Assembly: GCA_964199315.1 (NCBI GenBank)
Contig: OZ116712.1
Location: 7,378,001-7,442,000 of the forward strand
Length of the DNA: 64,000 bases
Reading direction: 5' to 3'
Source of the DNA: Orbicella franksi
Taxonomy: Eukaryota
Part shown: positions 1 through 11,785 of the stretch, in pieces
How positions within the stretch are numbered: position 1 is the stretch's first letter
Layout of the letters: every line of letters begins with the position of its first letter
The notes under the pieces: generated by a model
Databases searched by the model: none
What the model was told of the DNA's origin: nothing
The model's input: only the letters and a program-made list of their open reading frames with translations
Position numbers and translations under genes: made by a program

Positions 1-111
1 GGGCGGACCTCATAAAAAGTCCCTGTTATCCATATCCGGGACTAACTTCTGTATTGCCTTGTTTTTTGCCAGTATTTTCAAACAATGCGGCGGCCATTTG
101 GGTGTTCCTAG

Positions 112-535
112 CCTCGGGGGTTACTCTCAGAAAAACTGGGTGGAGGTGTGCGGCCTGCTTCACAAAACCCTTACCCTATGTAAGACTAAAATTTGTGATT
201 TTTCGCACCCTATTTATGACCTGACCAAAAATTTGGATACCCAATTTAAGACCTGACCCTTAAATTAATACCCTGTTTGAGACTGCCTCATAATTTGTTC
301 CCTAGTTCAGACCAATGTTACAGGCAATGTTTATATGTTTTTATTAGGTAGGATAGCTTCTAAACAACATACTCAATTCAAGACTAGAGTACAAAAAGCA
401 GACCCTATTTGAGACCCTGAAGTGGCCAAAATCGATACCCTATTTCTGACCAAAACGGCGTAAAAAAAAACGTACTCTTTGGGGCCACACGTACCTATAT
501 GGCTCATATAAAGGATGCCCCCCCCCCCCTCCGGG
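112..535. mobile_element. Degenerate non-autonomous DNA transposon (MITE) with G/C-run termini
   Basis: Starts cctcggggggttactc and ends ggatgcccc...ctccgg (imperfect inverted termini). Internal subrepeat accctatttatgacc and variants recur several times. No coding capacity. Resembles a repeat I recall from coral genomes. Confidence 0.65.
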
Positions 536-1619
536 GGTTCCCATACAGTATATATCGAGAATATGCTTGAAAAAAACTCATCGAGATATAACGTATTTAT
601 CAAGGTAGAGAAATTACTTTGTATCGTACCTCTGGATTTGTTGCGTCCCGGCAACAAACGTTATTCTTCTTGTTATTATGATATAAATCGTGTTTCATAT
701 CACAGTCGTCTAGCTTCGTATGTTTTTAAATTCAGTCTCTGGGCTTCTCTGTGAAACTCGAATTCTTACTCTCCTCAATGATTGTCTGAGATTTCTTTTC
801 ATGAAAGTTTTTAGAATTGTGTGCCTAGAGGGGTGAATAACATTTATAACTCCCCTGGAGACGTGTGATTGAGAGATAATTTCACCTTGTAATATATCAA
901 TGCATTAGCCAAGACACAGACGACAAAAATAAAGAAGTAATCATTTTGGAGACATGACCTCTATGTACCGTCAAACATTCTAGAATGCATGAACTTTAAT
1001 TACTTATGGTGAGTGATACTTTGAGCTTCGGACTGCATGGTCCAAGTTGTGATTTTTAAATAGGTTTAAAAAAGGCAACGAAAACCTATTCTCATCTGAT
1101 GAAAATTGATTTATTTTGTCATCTTTGGACAATGGAACTATTAGAGTTTCGATATGACACAACTTCTCATTTTACGCCATAACTTTTGTACTCCTCGCTT
1201 GCTAGGCTGTTCAAGTCAAAAATGTCTAGTTGTGTAAGAATCTCTTCACCTTCTTTACTGTTCCACTTTGTGATTAAAACTCGAAGCTGTTTATGTTTCT
1301 ATTCCTTTCTAAACGCATCAATGACATTTGAATCTTTATTTTGATTGTATAACATTGTTGAAACTAATATTACATTGCCAAGAGAAAAATGAAACGTCTA
1401 GCAAACTGAATTTAACACCGCCGTTGGGTTTTACCTTTCAAAGTTGGTATATTACAACAATGTACTGATATTGCTACCTTGGCTATTTTTAAATCTCCAC
1501 CGAAATGATTTCTTTTCCGTTGTTTTTAGCCATCTTTTTGATGCAGCTTCACTATACTGATCCTATTTTAGCTGGCACAATACCCTTTAACTTATAAAGC
1601 CAAACTAAAATATCCATTT

Positions 1620-1830
1620 ATTAACCGTGGTTAGTGCTTTTAACTCCACGAGCGGAACCCTAGTGTGTGACAAATCAAATGAAAGCTGTTGGGCAGTACT
1701 TTTAAGCGGTTACTGTTTTTATGCTTTTGTGGTTCTGAGCTTTTAAATCTGTTTATGGGAGCTGTTATGCGGCTAGTCAAATTTGAAAACGGGCTTTTGC
1801 GATACTTTCACGTGGTGCTCTTTGTTTGAG
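1620..1830 (-). repeat. Degenerate copies of the ~105-bp tandem repeat, reverse orientation
   Basis: aaccctagtgtgtgacaaatcaaatgaaagctgttgggcagtactt is the reverse complement of the unit core aagtactgctcaatagctttcatttgaatggtcacacactagggtt seen at 2.6, 21.4 and 39.0 kb. Confidence 0.65.
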
Positions 1831-2584
1831 GCTTTTTCTGTGAAGATGGCACCCATGGGAGTGCTAGTGCAGCACAAACTGTGCTGAAGTCTTTAATTTA
1901 TGTCATCCCTTAACGTTGTGTTTAAAAGCACATTAATTAAAACTGATTTCTGTGTACAGATATAAATCATACAGCCGTAGCTTTAATTATTGTCACAGTA
2001 TGCTTTTACGAAACGCGACACTACCCAACGGAAACTTTTCATCTGGTATTTTGTAACCAACGCAAGATTTTTTCAATTAAGTTTATATCAGCCGTTGCGC
2101 TGTTTATTTTTTCCTTGTCAGAGGAGAAGTATAAAATTTCATCTCTTATTAATCGTCAGTTCAGTATCTTTTAAGTCAATATTCCGTGTTCTGGGTGTTC
2201 GATTTCATAGCAGTATTGTTGTAAGGTGGTCATTGTGAACTGAGACTTAATCACGTTTCGTGAACGAAAGATTCATTGCCACAACGTAATTGTTGAAAAC
2301 TGATCAATAAGTTTTTCTTTTCGGAATTAAAAGGTAGTTGACCATAGGTTTGGAGTATTATCTAATTCTTCAATAAATACTTGAATCAATTTTAACTCCA
2401 AGAGTGGCCAAGTTGAAAACAAAACTACCATTTAGTTAGCATATAAAAAAGTACAAATTTTATTTTTAGAAAATACTAAAAAGCATCACTTTACAATATA
2501 AGATAACTTTCATTTGATCAGTCTGACACTACGTGGGAATTCTCTCTACCGACTTGAAAGATTGATTTTTTTTTAAAGTACCTC

Positions 2585-3030
2585 GCGAAAGTACTTCTCA
2601 GTAGCTTTCATTTGAATTTGAATGATCATGCACTAGGGTTCACCCAAATTTAGAACCAAGTTGTACAGCATAATAAACAGTACCACATGAAGATATGAAG
2701 CAATAGCTTTCATTTAAATGGCCACACACTAGGGTTTCATCTAAAGACTGCAAAATTTGAACGACTTTGTGCAGCATAATAAGTGAAACAGTGCCACATG
2801 AAACTACTTCTCGATAGCTTTCATTAGAATGGTCACATACTAGGATTTCGTCTATAGACTTGGCAGTTAAAACTTCTCGTATAGCATAATAAACAATATC
2901 ATATGAAAAGCACTGCTCAGCTGAACCCTCACATACTAGGGCCTCGCCTATAGACTTGATACTTAGCCTCCTTGTATAGCACAGACAATACAACATGAAA
3001 GTAGAGCTAATCACCTTTTACTTGAAGGGC
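2585..3030 (+). repeat. Array of 4-5 degenerate ~102-111 bp tandem units (dispersed minisatellite family)
   Basis: Core tagctttcattt...ggtcacacactagggtt recurs near 2602, 2704 and 2815, with further decayed units to ~3030. Confidence 0.8.
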
Positions 3031-6000
3031 CATGTTGAAAAGTTGCAGGCATGCACTCACGAGAAACATTAATTTTTTGGAGCTTTGAATCTAAGAGTGA
3101 GAGGAAATTCATTTCAAGCTGCAAAATTGGTTTTGGGAAAAGACGTTTGACAGGGTGATAGCCTCCAATACATACATCCCTTTATGAGGTTTATTCACGA
3201 TCTAATTTCTTTGTCAACGGAACCACTGCCCTTTGCACAACGTATAATGTCGAAACACTACTCCTACCTGTCTAAAGAAAAGGCGTTTAGTTTCATAAAT
3301 ACGGTCACCTGTTTCTCCATAGAACAGTATGATATTCATGTCAGCATTATGGAGGTGTAGGTGATAGCTATGAATTTTGGTCTCTGCGGGAACAAATGAA
3401 CTGTCTGTCACATGAGCCGTATCTGTGAGTAGTGGCTTTACATTTTAGTGAAAGGGAGGAATAATTAAACTGCGCTAAACAAAACAAGAAGAATTACACC
3501 ATATTTGTATCCAGGGAATACGAACGAGTGATAGATTTAGGGAATACCATATGGGACTAAAGGTGGCACTGAAAGTATCCTATTTTCACTTTCCTTATTC
3601 AATTTTACTCCCAAAGTCAAAATTCACTCCTATTAAATGCTTTCATGACCTCAAGGCGTCAATAATAAAGGCTCTGTACGTGACCATCCAAGTAAGTGTT
3701 GTTGTGAAGTACTTTCAAGCTAGACTGTTTGTTTTCAATGTAAAACAAAGTGAAATTAAAGGTCTTTTTAATCTTGAATTTCTTAACTCTGGTTTTCGAG
3801 ACGACACTCCGTCATGTTCAACGCATGGCAGTTTTGCCTTACGATGGTTTTTCGCTTTCTTGTTTGATGGCTTTCCGGGCTAGTTTGGCGTTTATTTCTT
3901 GTTAATTGTGCTGTATGTTTTATAATTTTTTTTTTTAACAAAGTAGTATTTAAAGGTGATGATATGTGTTTAATTTTCCGAAATATTCCCTCGTTAGTCA
4001 GGTTTTCTCTTACCAATACAGTTTATTTGATTTATTTTTCGATCCAAGGGCAGCGAGTAACTAACATTAGATTTACTCACTGAGTAATATGGTATGCTTA
4101 AATTTGAAGGCCTCTTGTTAAAAACACTGGTTTAAATTTGCATTCAGTTTTGTCGTTGAGGCGGGACTCTGGAGTGGTTGTCTGTCTGAAAACCACCTTG
4201 GCTACCGGCAGATGATGATAGTGCTACAAGTTATTGTGGCAGTCATAGCTAGAAGAAAAAGCGAAGCAGAAAAAGAGTAGCTAAATAACAGAAAACAATC
4301 ACTTTGACGTGGAAAGAAATTTAAGAGCCGCCGAACAAAGCGATACGAAAGCCTGAAAACTTGAGTAAATATGTTACCGTCGTCTTGGCCTTTAGACTTT
4401 GATTTAAACATCACTTTGACGGTGTTTGTGATTATCTTTATTTTACCCAGTGGTAAAACAATAAACAAAGCTAACAACAAAGTCCAAGCGTTTACAGGGC
4501 AGAAATTAAAACTTTCGTTTTGTCATATTAACTTGACAGTTTGTGGGTAGTTTACTAATTTACATTTTCATTACCAAACGTTTTGCTGGTGACAGCGACA
4601 ACTTTTTTTGACTGCGAAGACGTATCTCCCCTTGCCTGCCCACGTGCTAGTCGATGATGTTCAAAGAAATAACGCAAATAGTGAGATGACATAATTTTCG
4701 ATGTCATTACCATTGTAAACTCGAGCATTGTTCATATTGGAATATCAAGACTTGATAACTTGTTTGGAAAGGACAGCCCAGCTTTCTTTTGAAAGCAGAT
4801 TTGTTGTTGTGGCGACCCTTCTTATTTTCAAGAATTTTGAGCAGGTTAACTGACAGCAGTGAAGAGCCAGTGTTAAAGAAGTGCCATTGATAAAGCCTTT
4901 CTTGTGACATCTACTCCCGTCTGTGCTTGCCCACTAAAGGTGAGCAAAGCCTAAAGAAATTTTAAAGTGCCACCTTACAAAAAGAAACAGTTTCGCATTG
5001 TGTTTCTGTACTCGTTGGAAAGGAGGAGGGCTTCTGAACAAACAAGGATTTCCACTTTTCGAAAATTAAAGTTTGTTTTTCCTTGTAGTTTAATCGTCGA
5101 ATGTGACACGTATTCTCTAGGAGATATGTTCTAATAAGGGTGGATGTTAAATATTAATCCATGTCTTTTCAACAAGGAAAATATACGAGGTCGCATGGCC
5201 GTGTTCTTTGTCTCTAATGAGACAGCGAAAAAATTAAGTCATCAATTCAGATTTTCTCTTTTGCTCTGAAATCACAAGAAGCGTTTTATACATTTGCCAC
5301 GATCCAGATAACGAACTTTGAGCAGTGCAAAGTGACAGATCTCGAGGTTTTTCTATCATCAATTACGCAGTCATATTATGGCTGGGTGTCTGAATGCATT
5401 TCAGGTAATCTGTTTGAGCACTGGGCTCCTCGTTCAAGAGTTTTTGCATTGTTATATAAATAATGGAAGGCCCGTCAAATTATAACGTCAAGCAGCCATT
5501 GAAAAGCCTCACAAAATGAATTATTTTTTTGTCTAGTGTTCAAGATCATTACGCGCTTGGGCCTTCCTTCCTTAAATGCAGTTTCAGGACATTTTGGATA
5601 ATTTTACTAGTTTTTTTGTTCGAAGATTTTTAATATGCCAATTGCCGATCACATTGTTAATTATAATATTATTAAAATGTGTATTAAATAGAACTTATCC
5701 TACTTAAAAACCGATTTCTTTAGTGTGTTGCAAACAAACCTTTTAGTTAAGCATCCCTCGTATTGTATTTGCAATCATATTTCTTTTTCTATCACACACT
5801 CACCCACACGACTTGTACCGAAAGTCACTGGTTCAATAGACAGTCAGATGGGTCTTTTCAAGGCTTTTTTGTATCGCTTGTTTGTCCAAATGCGGGTGTC
5901 GTCTTTGTATCAATGGTTGCGCCTGAAACTGCGCGGCGTTTTATTGTGAAAAACTTTTCACTGTCATGTCTTCATTTCTTGTGCTGTGATTGGTTAGTAG

Positions 6001-9000
6001 ACGCCAAAATTGGCGAAGTTGTCGCCTTTTAGTGTTGCCCCGTTTGCTGTTTTTTTTTTTTTTCTTTAATACCATCCAGTCGGGCTATTTCTGACAACAG
6101 TGATTCGACGTTTATGTCGACGAGATGAACCGCTAACTTTTTGCCGTCACCTCGTTGTGTTACTCACCGAGATGATGTTTATCTGTGGTGGGCCCTATTC
6201 AAATCACGTCCTGGTCTTGAATATGTTCACTTAGAACGAAACAGTTGTCTGTCTTTTCGAGGTCATTGCTGCTATGTTGCATGGAAAACAAAAGTCTTAA
6301 AAAATCCCAAATCCTGTCACTAGTAGTATGTTTTTTTTTATCACACAGCTCTAATTACAGTCTACAGTCCTCTTCTGCTCCGTTCAATCGTGCGCGATTG
6401 AGGTGCTCGTCTAAAACTTAGAATTGTATTCCCCTTAGAATCACGCTTTTAAGCTCAATTTTCTTCCGGTAATCTTCTGACTCATCACTATAACCTCACT
6501 TACACCTTCACTGTAAATGATTTTTCATTTGACATTTCTGTGAACAGTGCGAGCACCTTATTTTAAAACGGTCAACTACAATGAGACTAAAGTGATAAAG
6601 TCTAGACTGCAAATGACTGAAACATTCTTAGCAACGACTGAAAAGCCTGACTTTAGGAGTGAATTACGCCGATTGATGTAAGTCTTTGTCTTTTCTTAGC
6701 AATTCTTACATTGTTTAAAGCTCGCTTTAATATTTGCATGTAAAAGAAAATAGTGAGCTTTTAATATTTAATATTTTGCACGGTCTATAAGATGTTTTTT
6801 CGCCTTTAAAATAATGTGCTGAATTTTTATGATTTGCTTTTTCTCCTTGTTTTCCCCGTAGGAGCGCAATTTCGCGTTGTATCGTACGAGACAAATTCAC
6901 TGCGAGATGTTAGCTTTGCGGAAAATTTAGACAAACAGGACACTGTTTGAAATTCTGTTTGCTAAGACGGTCAGGGCAAAAGAAAATAGGATAAAGAGCA
7001 ATTTCTTATTGAAGAAAGGTTTAACAAAAGTAAACATTTACAATTCGAAAATGGCACTTGTTCGTGGCCGAAGATGAAAACGGCGTTTTGTTTTACCCTG
7101 TCACGGCGTTTTTATCGGCTTCTTGTAGATCTACCTAGAAACAATCCGGATGTCGCAATAGTACCTTGTCCACAGGAATTTCAAAGTAAATACCTTGAAA
7201 GAATTAATCGAACTTGATGAGAAAAAGCCGTGTTTGGACTCACCGCTTTTTCTCTATTTATTTTTTACGCCGACAGTAATTTGTTATTGTTTTAAGCCGA
7301 GCTTAAGACGAGTTCCGCTTCGTTGACAAAAGTTCACTTCGGGATTCCTAAAAGCACCGTCGAAAACAATTCAAAAAGTTCCCACACTTGTTTTAGTGTA
7401 TGACATCATTACTCCTCGAGGGTTCCACGCACGCATTTTGAAGACAATACCATCTTGGTAACCACTCTTTAACAAGGTCAATAAAGGATGCACTATGCAA
7501 ACTGGGCGACTGTCTTTTTACAGGACAAAAAAGCATTAAACGTTTACTTGAATAAACAAATGACCATGAACGCCAAATGTATGTTTTTCTTTCATTTTCT
7601 CTGGGCTTAATTTATGTTATTGGCCTGGGAGGCCGGTTCCGCTGCGGTGGAGTTCGTGAACCGCATATGTGTATTAGCTCTTCGCTTATCACCTTGTGAC
7701 ATTTGTTTGTTTGTGCGATGGGGAGAAAGGATACTCGGATTACAGATATGATCATGTGGCTTTCTTAGGCTTCCGCTATTACCACTCAATTGAATACACA
7801 AAGCTTGACTGGTTAAAAGCATCGGGTTACCGTAACTTTAAAATCCAGACCTCGGGCCTCCCAAGAATAAATTTCCTCGTTTGTAAGGAAACGAGGGAAG
7901 GTTTCACAGTAAGTCAGCGCTAGATAAAAGTACGCGCATAGTTTCTTCCTTATCACAGACTCAGCTTTCCGGCGTGAAGATTTTTGTCTTTGCGTGGGCA
8001 CAACGGAAAAGGGGACAACTTCCTATGAGCTACGTGGTTCGTTTTGCTTTTTCAATCAATCGCTCGTGATGATCACTCTTATTTTCGAAGCTGGCTTTCT
8101 GTATGTTTTTCTTCCGCCCTGTAAAAACATTTTACCTCGCGGTCACACAGCGTCCAACTGTGTAAGCATCAATCGGCTCGATGCTTTTAATTCTTTTCAC
8201 TCCATTTTGCTTGCATCAAAACCTAAAATAGTAGCTGCTGTTAACATGTGTTATGACATGTGCTTGGTGGATGAACGCTATTCAACGCGTACAATGCATC
8301 TTTTGTGATTTAATTGCTTTATTTAAAGAGATGTGAGCCTCAAACAAAAGCGCTGGATACATGTGAATTATGGTGCTTTTGTGTTAAAATGGACGAAACA
8401 AATAAATACACTTCGAGAAAACGGCGCGAGATAAAGAAGTGTTGTGGTTTGAACCTCCTGGGGGCTAACCACATTTTCACTGGCTTAGCGCCCATCTTCT
8501 GTCGTCGCCGGCGATTTTGACGCCTGATAAAGCGAGCTCTTTCAAACCCCCACGCCCAAGTCACGAAACAGAATTACGCGCACGGGACAAGCGGGCGAGC
8601 GATCATTCAAAATGCGCGTGGTTTACATTTGAAAGGCTTCCCACTTCTCGTCTAGTATCAGCCTTTTGTGCAGACAATAAAAAGATTGCTTCTGTTGTAT
8701 AGCGCTGCTTTCCTTTCTTCTCTGCTTGTTGAGTTTGTAAAGAGAGGGCGAAATGTTGAACCGTTTCCTTCGCGGCGCCATTAATAGCGCGAAAGCTCTG
8801 TGCTCGAACCCAAGACCTTGAACCCTGACAGAAATCATAACGCGTAAGGACGGGAAACCCAATCTTTTTATTACCCAAATTTCCTTCTTAAGCACCGCTC
8901 ATTGTGATTTATTGTAAAAATAACACAATAATGGAATATCCTTAACACATCGACCCAAGCCGTATTTTCGAATTCAAACTTACAGTAATCTTTCAATGGG

Positions 9001-9902
9001 CAAATTAATTGATGCGCACTTCGCTAGTTGTCCGTGCGACGTTCCGCAAAATATATTCCTGTTGTTATCGACGAGGAAACTTTTAACTTACGACTACGAG
9101 CGCTTTTAAGTGAACTCAACGTACTTGAATATATTGTGGGTTCTCCTTAATGGTTTTCAATTTCCTCAAAGTGATATGGCGATATTTGAGAAGATGCCCG
9201 CATGTAAAACGAGAAACCACTGAATATATTTAACGGAAAATACGAAAACTTGTCGCATGAGAGGTCGCGCTGGCTTGGCTAAAACACTACACGTCTTGGA
9301 TTTGACGGGAGTTTATTTCCACCCTAAAATTATAGAGTACAGTGAAACCGTGTACCTTTTCACAGGGAAGGGACAGTGGCGTTCTTCCAACTTAGTCGCT
9401 CGTGAAACAGTACTGTACAAGATTACATACGGCAGTACATAAGGTGAAATTACTTAAAACATGAATGCAAAGAAAACATTTGCTTTTTACACTTAATTCT
9501 TTCAAAGATACGTGAGAATTTTTTGCGTTAGTATTTTTTGTTTTTATCTTGATACGCTTTGAGCAAAAGCTCGTGTTGTTTTTTTACCGCGTACACAACT
9601 GCGCGAATGAATGAACCATTATTCAACGGTGCCTTGCGCCCTCAAGTACGAACCAACTATGATGTTTTGTTCATCGCCGTGGCTAGCTTTATGTTGAAGT
9701 GTATTTGAACTACAAAACTACGATATACATATATACGTTATGCTAAATATCTTAATAAAATAAGACTGAGATGCTTTAAAACTGTGGAATTTGCACGGCT
9801 TTTGCCAAAGGAGGGAAAAACACGAAGCTTTTCCCCCAAGCTGTTAACTCATAACACACACAAGTCAAAGAATGGCGTAATGTACAAGTACGTTCGATGT
9901 GT

Positions 9903-10206
9903 CTAGAGTCCTACTAGAGAATTTGTTAATGTGGTCAGCATGTGGCTATCATGAAGTCCGTGGGTAAATTCAGTCGCCGATACAGGCGCCATCGACTCGT
10001 GCGCCATCCCGGGTCCCGTCATCGCAGCCATTAGAGCAGGGTCGTCCACCTCGAGCTTCACTGGAACGGGAGTGTGGGTAGCGGGCATATGTGCTCCATT
10101 CATACATTGAGAAAAGTCGGGTATACCACACTTTTTCACGTCATTCAGCATGGCCTGCTTGTCAGGGTTCAACATCTGCTTGGTTCTGATGTCCACGGTT
10201 GATTCC
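9903..10206 (-). CDS. SIX1/2: Six1/2 homeobox gene, exon 2 (C-terminal region)
   Basis: Acceptor tttcaagcag| then G GAA TCA completes the phase-2 Arg codon from exon 1. Open frame (R)ESTVDIRTKQ...LTNSLVGL*. The terminal motif resembles vertebrate SIX1 LTSSLVDLGS. Joined CDS is 858 nt = 285 aa. Confidence 0.9.
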
Positions 10207-10992
10207 CTGCTTGAAATCACGCAAAGGCAACAATTAAGATGATAAACAAGCGCGTACCCTTTCTACGTAAATGCGCTTCCTGACTAATCCTTGTATTCTT
10301 TCAATGGCGCATCACTAAGCTCCCAACATACAGGCATTTTGTGCGAGTATTTCACTCCTAGGTCGATCACAAGTGCAAATTTATTACGGTGAATGATATC
10401 TAAGAGCAATGGCTCAATTATACAGCCACGGCTTGGCATTCAGCAGAGCTTGTCAACCAGGTTGTCGATATCAACACAGACTGCTTCGGGCTGGCTGGTT
10501 GTTTTTTTAGAACCTTATCAAGAAGAGGGTCAAATCAACTCTCTCGTATCCTCCTCTCTTTGGCTTGGGTATAAATCAACTAGCGAATGCGGAAATCCCA
10601 TTTCATGTATATTTTTGCGGTCATTTTCCCCTCGCGCACGCGGTTGTGTATATATGTCTGTTTGATGTGTGTTGAAAACGATCCCCCTTCTTTACTAAAA
10701 TTTAATTTGCATGAAATGAACAGCTAGTTACAGTTTAAGTCGCTAAATCAACTTCCGACCCTCGAGCAGCTCAATAAATTTTCTAATCGAGGCGATACTG
10801 AAAGGAAAAATTTCGCCCAAGATTTTACCCACTAGAATTGATTCTTGCACGCACGGGCGAGTTTGCGCTAATATGAGCTGGCTAATTTAGTATTGTATGT
10901 CAAAATAAGCTTTACAAAGTGACTGAGTTGAAGGTAAACGTTGGTGAGCTCAAGCCATAAATAGGTGGTCATCTCATGAGCGAAAGACTAAC

Positions 10993-11546
10993 CTTATTTT
11001 TGCTTCCGCGGCGCGGTCTCGCTGTCTTCTGTTCTTGAACCAGTTACTAACTTGTGTAGTGGTTAGACCCGTGGCCTCTGCTAGCTCCCGCTTCTCTCGA
11101 GGCGATGGGTACGGGTTATGCGAGTACCACTCTCTCAATATGTTCCTCGATTTCTCCTTGAAACAGTAGCTAGTTTCCTCGCCGTCCCAGATCGTCCGCG
11201 GGAGAGGAAACTTGCGTCGAACGCGATACTTCCCCACCGCTCCAAGCGGCCGGCCGCGAAGTTTCTCAGCTTCGATATAGTGCGCTTTTAACCAGAGGGA
11301 CTGCAGCTTGGGATGCGAGCTCGGAGAAAATGTGTTGTTTTCCAGTATGCGGTACAGCTCCTGGAAGTTACCCTGGTGAAAGGAAACCAATGCCTTTGCT
11401 TTTAGCACGCTCTCGTTCTTCTGGATGGTTTCGCATTCTGGAAGGGACCACAAAAATCTTCCGAGGCGTTCTATATCTCCGCTCTGTTGTAGGACTTCAC
11501 AGACACACGCGACCTGCTCCGGCGTGAAACTGAAGGTTGGCAGCAT
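10993..11546 (-). CDS. SIX1/2: Six1/2 homeobox gene, exon 1 (SIX domain + homeodomain)
   Basis: [21 protein letters not shown]...[31 protein letters not shown]...[17 protein letters not shown] tetrapeptide and NPYP are diagnostic of Six1/2; K50 homeodomain. Donor AAA ATA AG|gttagt at 10992, a phase-2 intron at the same position as human SIX1 (c.560). Confidence 0.97.
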
Positions 11547-11616
11547 ATTCTGTTGCTGGGGTGCTGTACAACGCCGTGTACGGTTTATCCTTTCACTTCT
11601 TTGTATTGTCTATTTG

Positions 11617-11647
11617 TCTGAACTTAAGACGGTACTCGCTCTTTATA
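11617..11647 (-). promoter_or_regulatory. Predicted core promoter of Six1/2 (TATA box and Inr-like element)
   Basis: Minus-strand TATAAAG starts at 11647; TCAGAC with A at 11619 lies 28 nt downstream. Gives a ~73-nt 5'UTR without upstream ATG. Confidence 0.5.
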
Positions 11648-11775
11648 GCTGCTTGGAATCAAATTGCACACAGTTAAAAAGAAAATGTCACCCACTAGCG
11701 CTCAGACTAATTTTCATTCACTGGCGTGACAATGTCATTATTAAATTAAGATTAGAACTTGAACCCTGCTCTATG

Positions 11776-11785
11776 ATTGGCCAAT
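11776..11785. promoter_or_regulatory. Palindromic double CCAAT box upstream of Six1/2
   Basis: ATTGGCCAAT gives a CCAAT on both strands ~130 bp upstream of the TATA box. Confidence 0.35.

Noticed and set aside
2640-3014. 124-aa minus-strand ORF with internal repeats
   Set aside because: It is the translation of the ~105-bp tandem repeat array; no protein family features.
2585-3030. Regularly spaced repeats suggestive of a CRISPR array
   Set aside because: Whole units are degenerate copies of each other with no unique spacers, the context is eukaryotic, and there are no cas genes.
10974-10992. ORF-track C-terminus LVFRS* of Six1/2 (and the TAA at 45027-45029 of the paralogue)
   Set aside because: Both are read-through into introns; strong GT donors at the conserved SIX1 intron position and in-frame downstream exons explain them.
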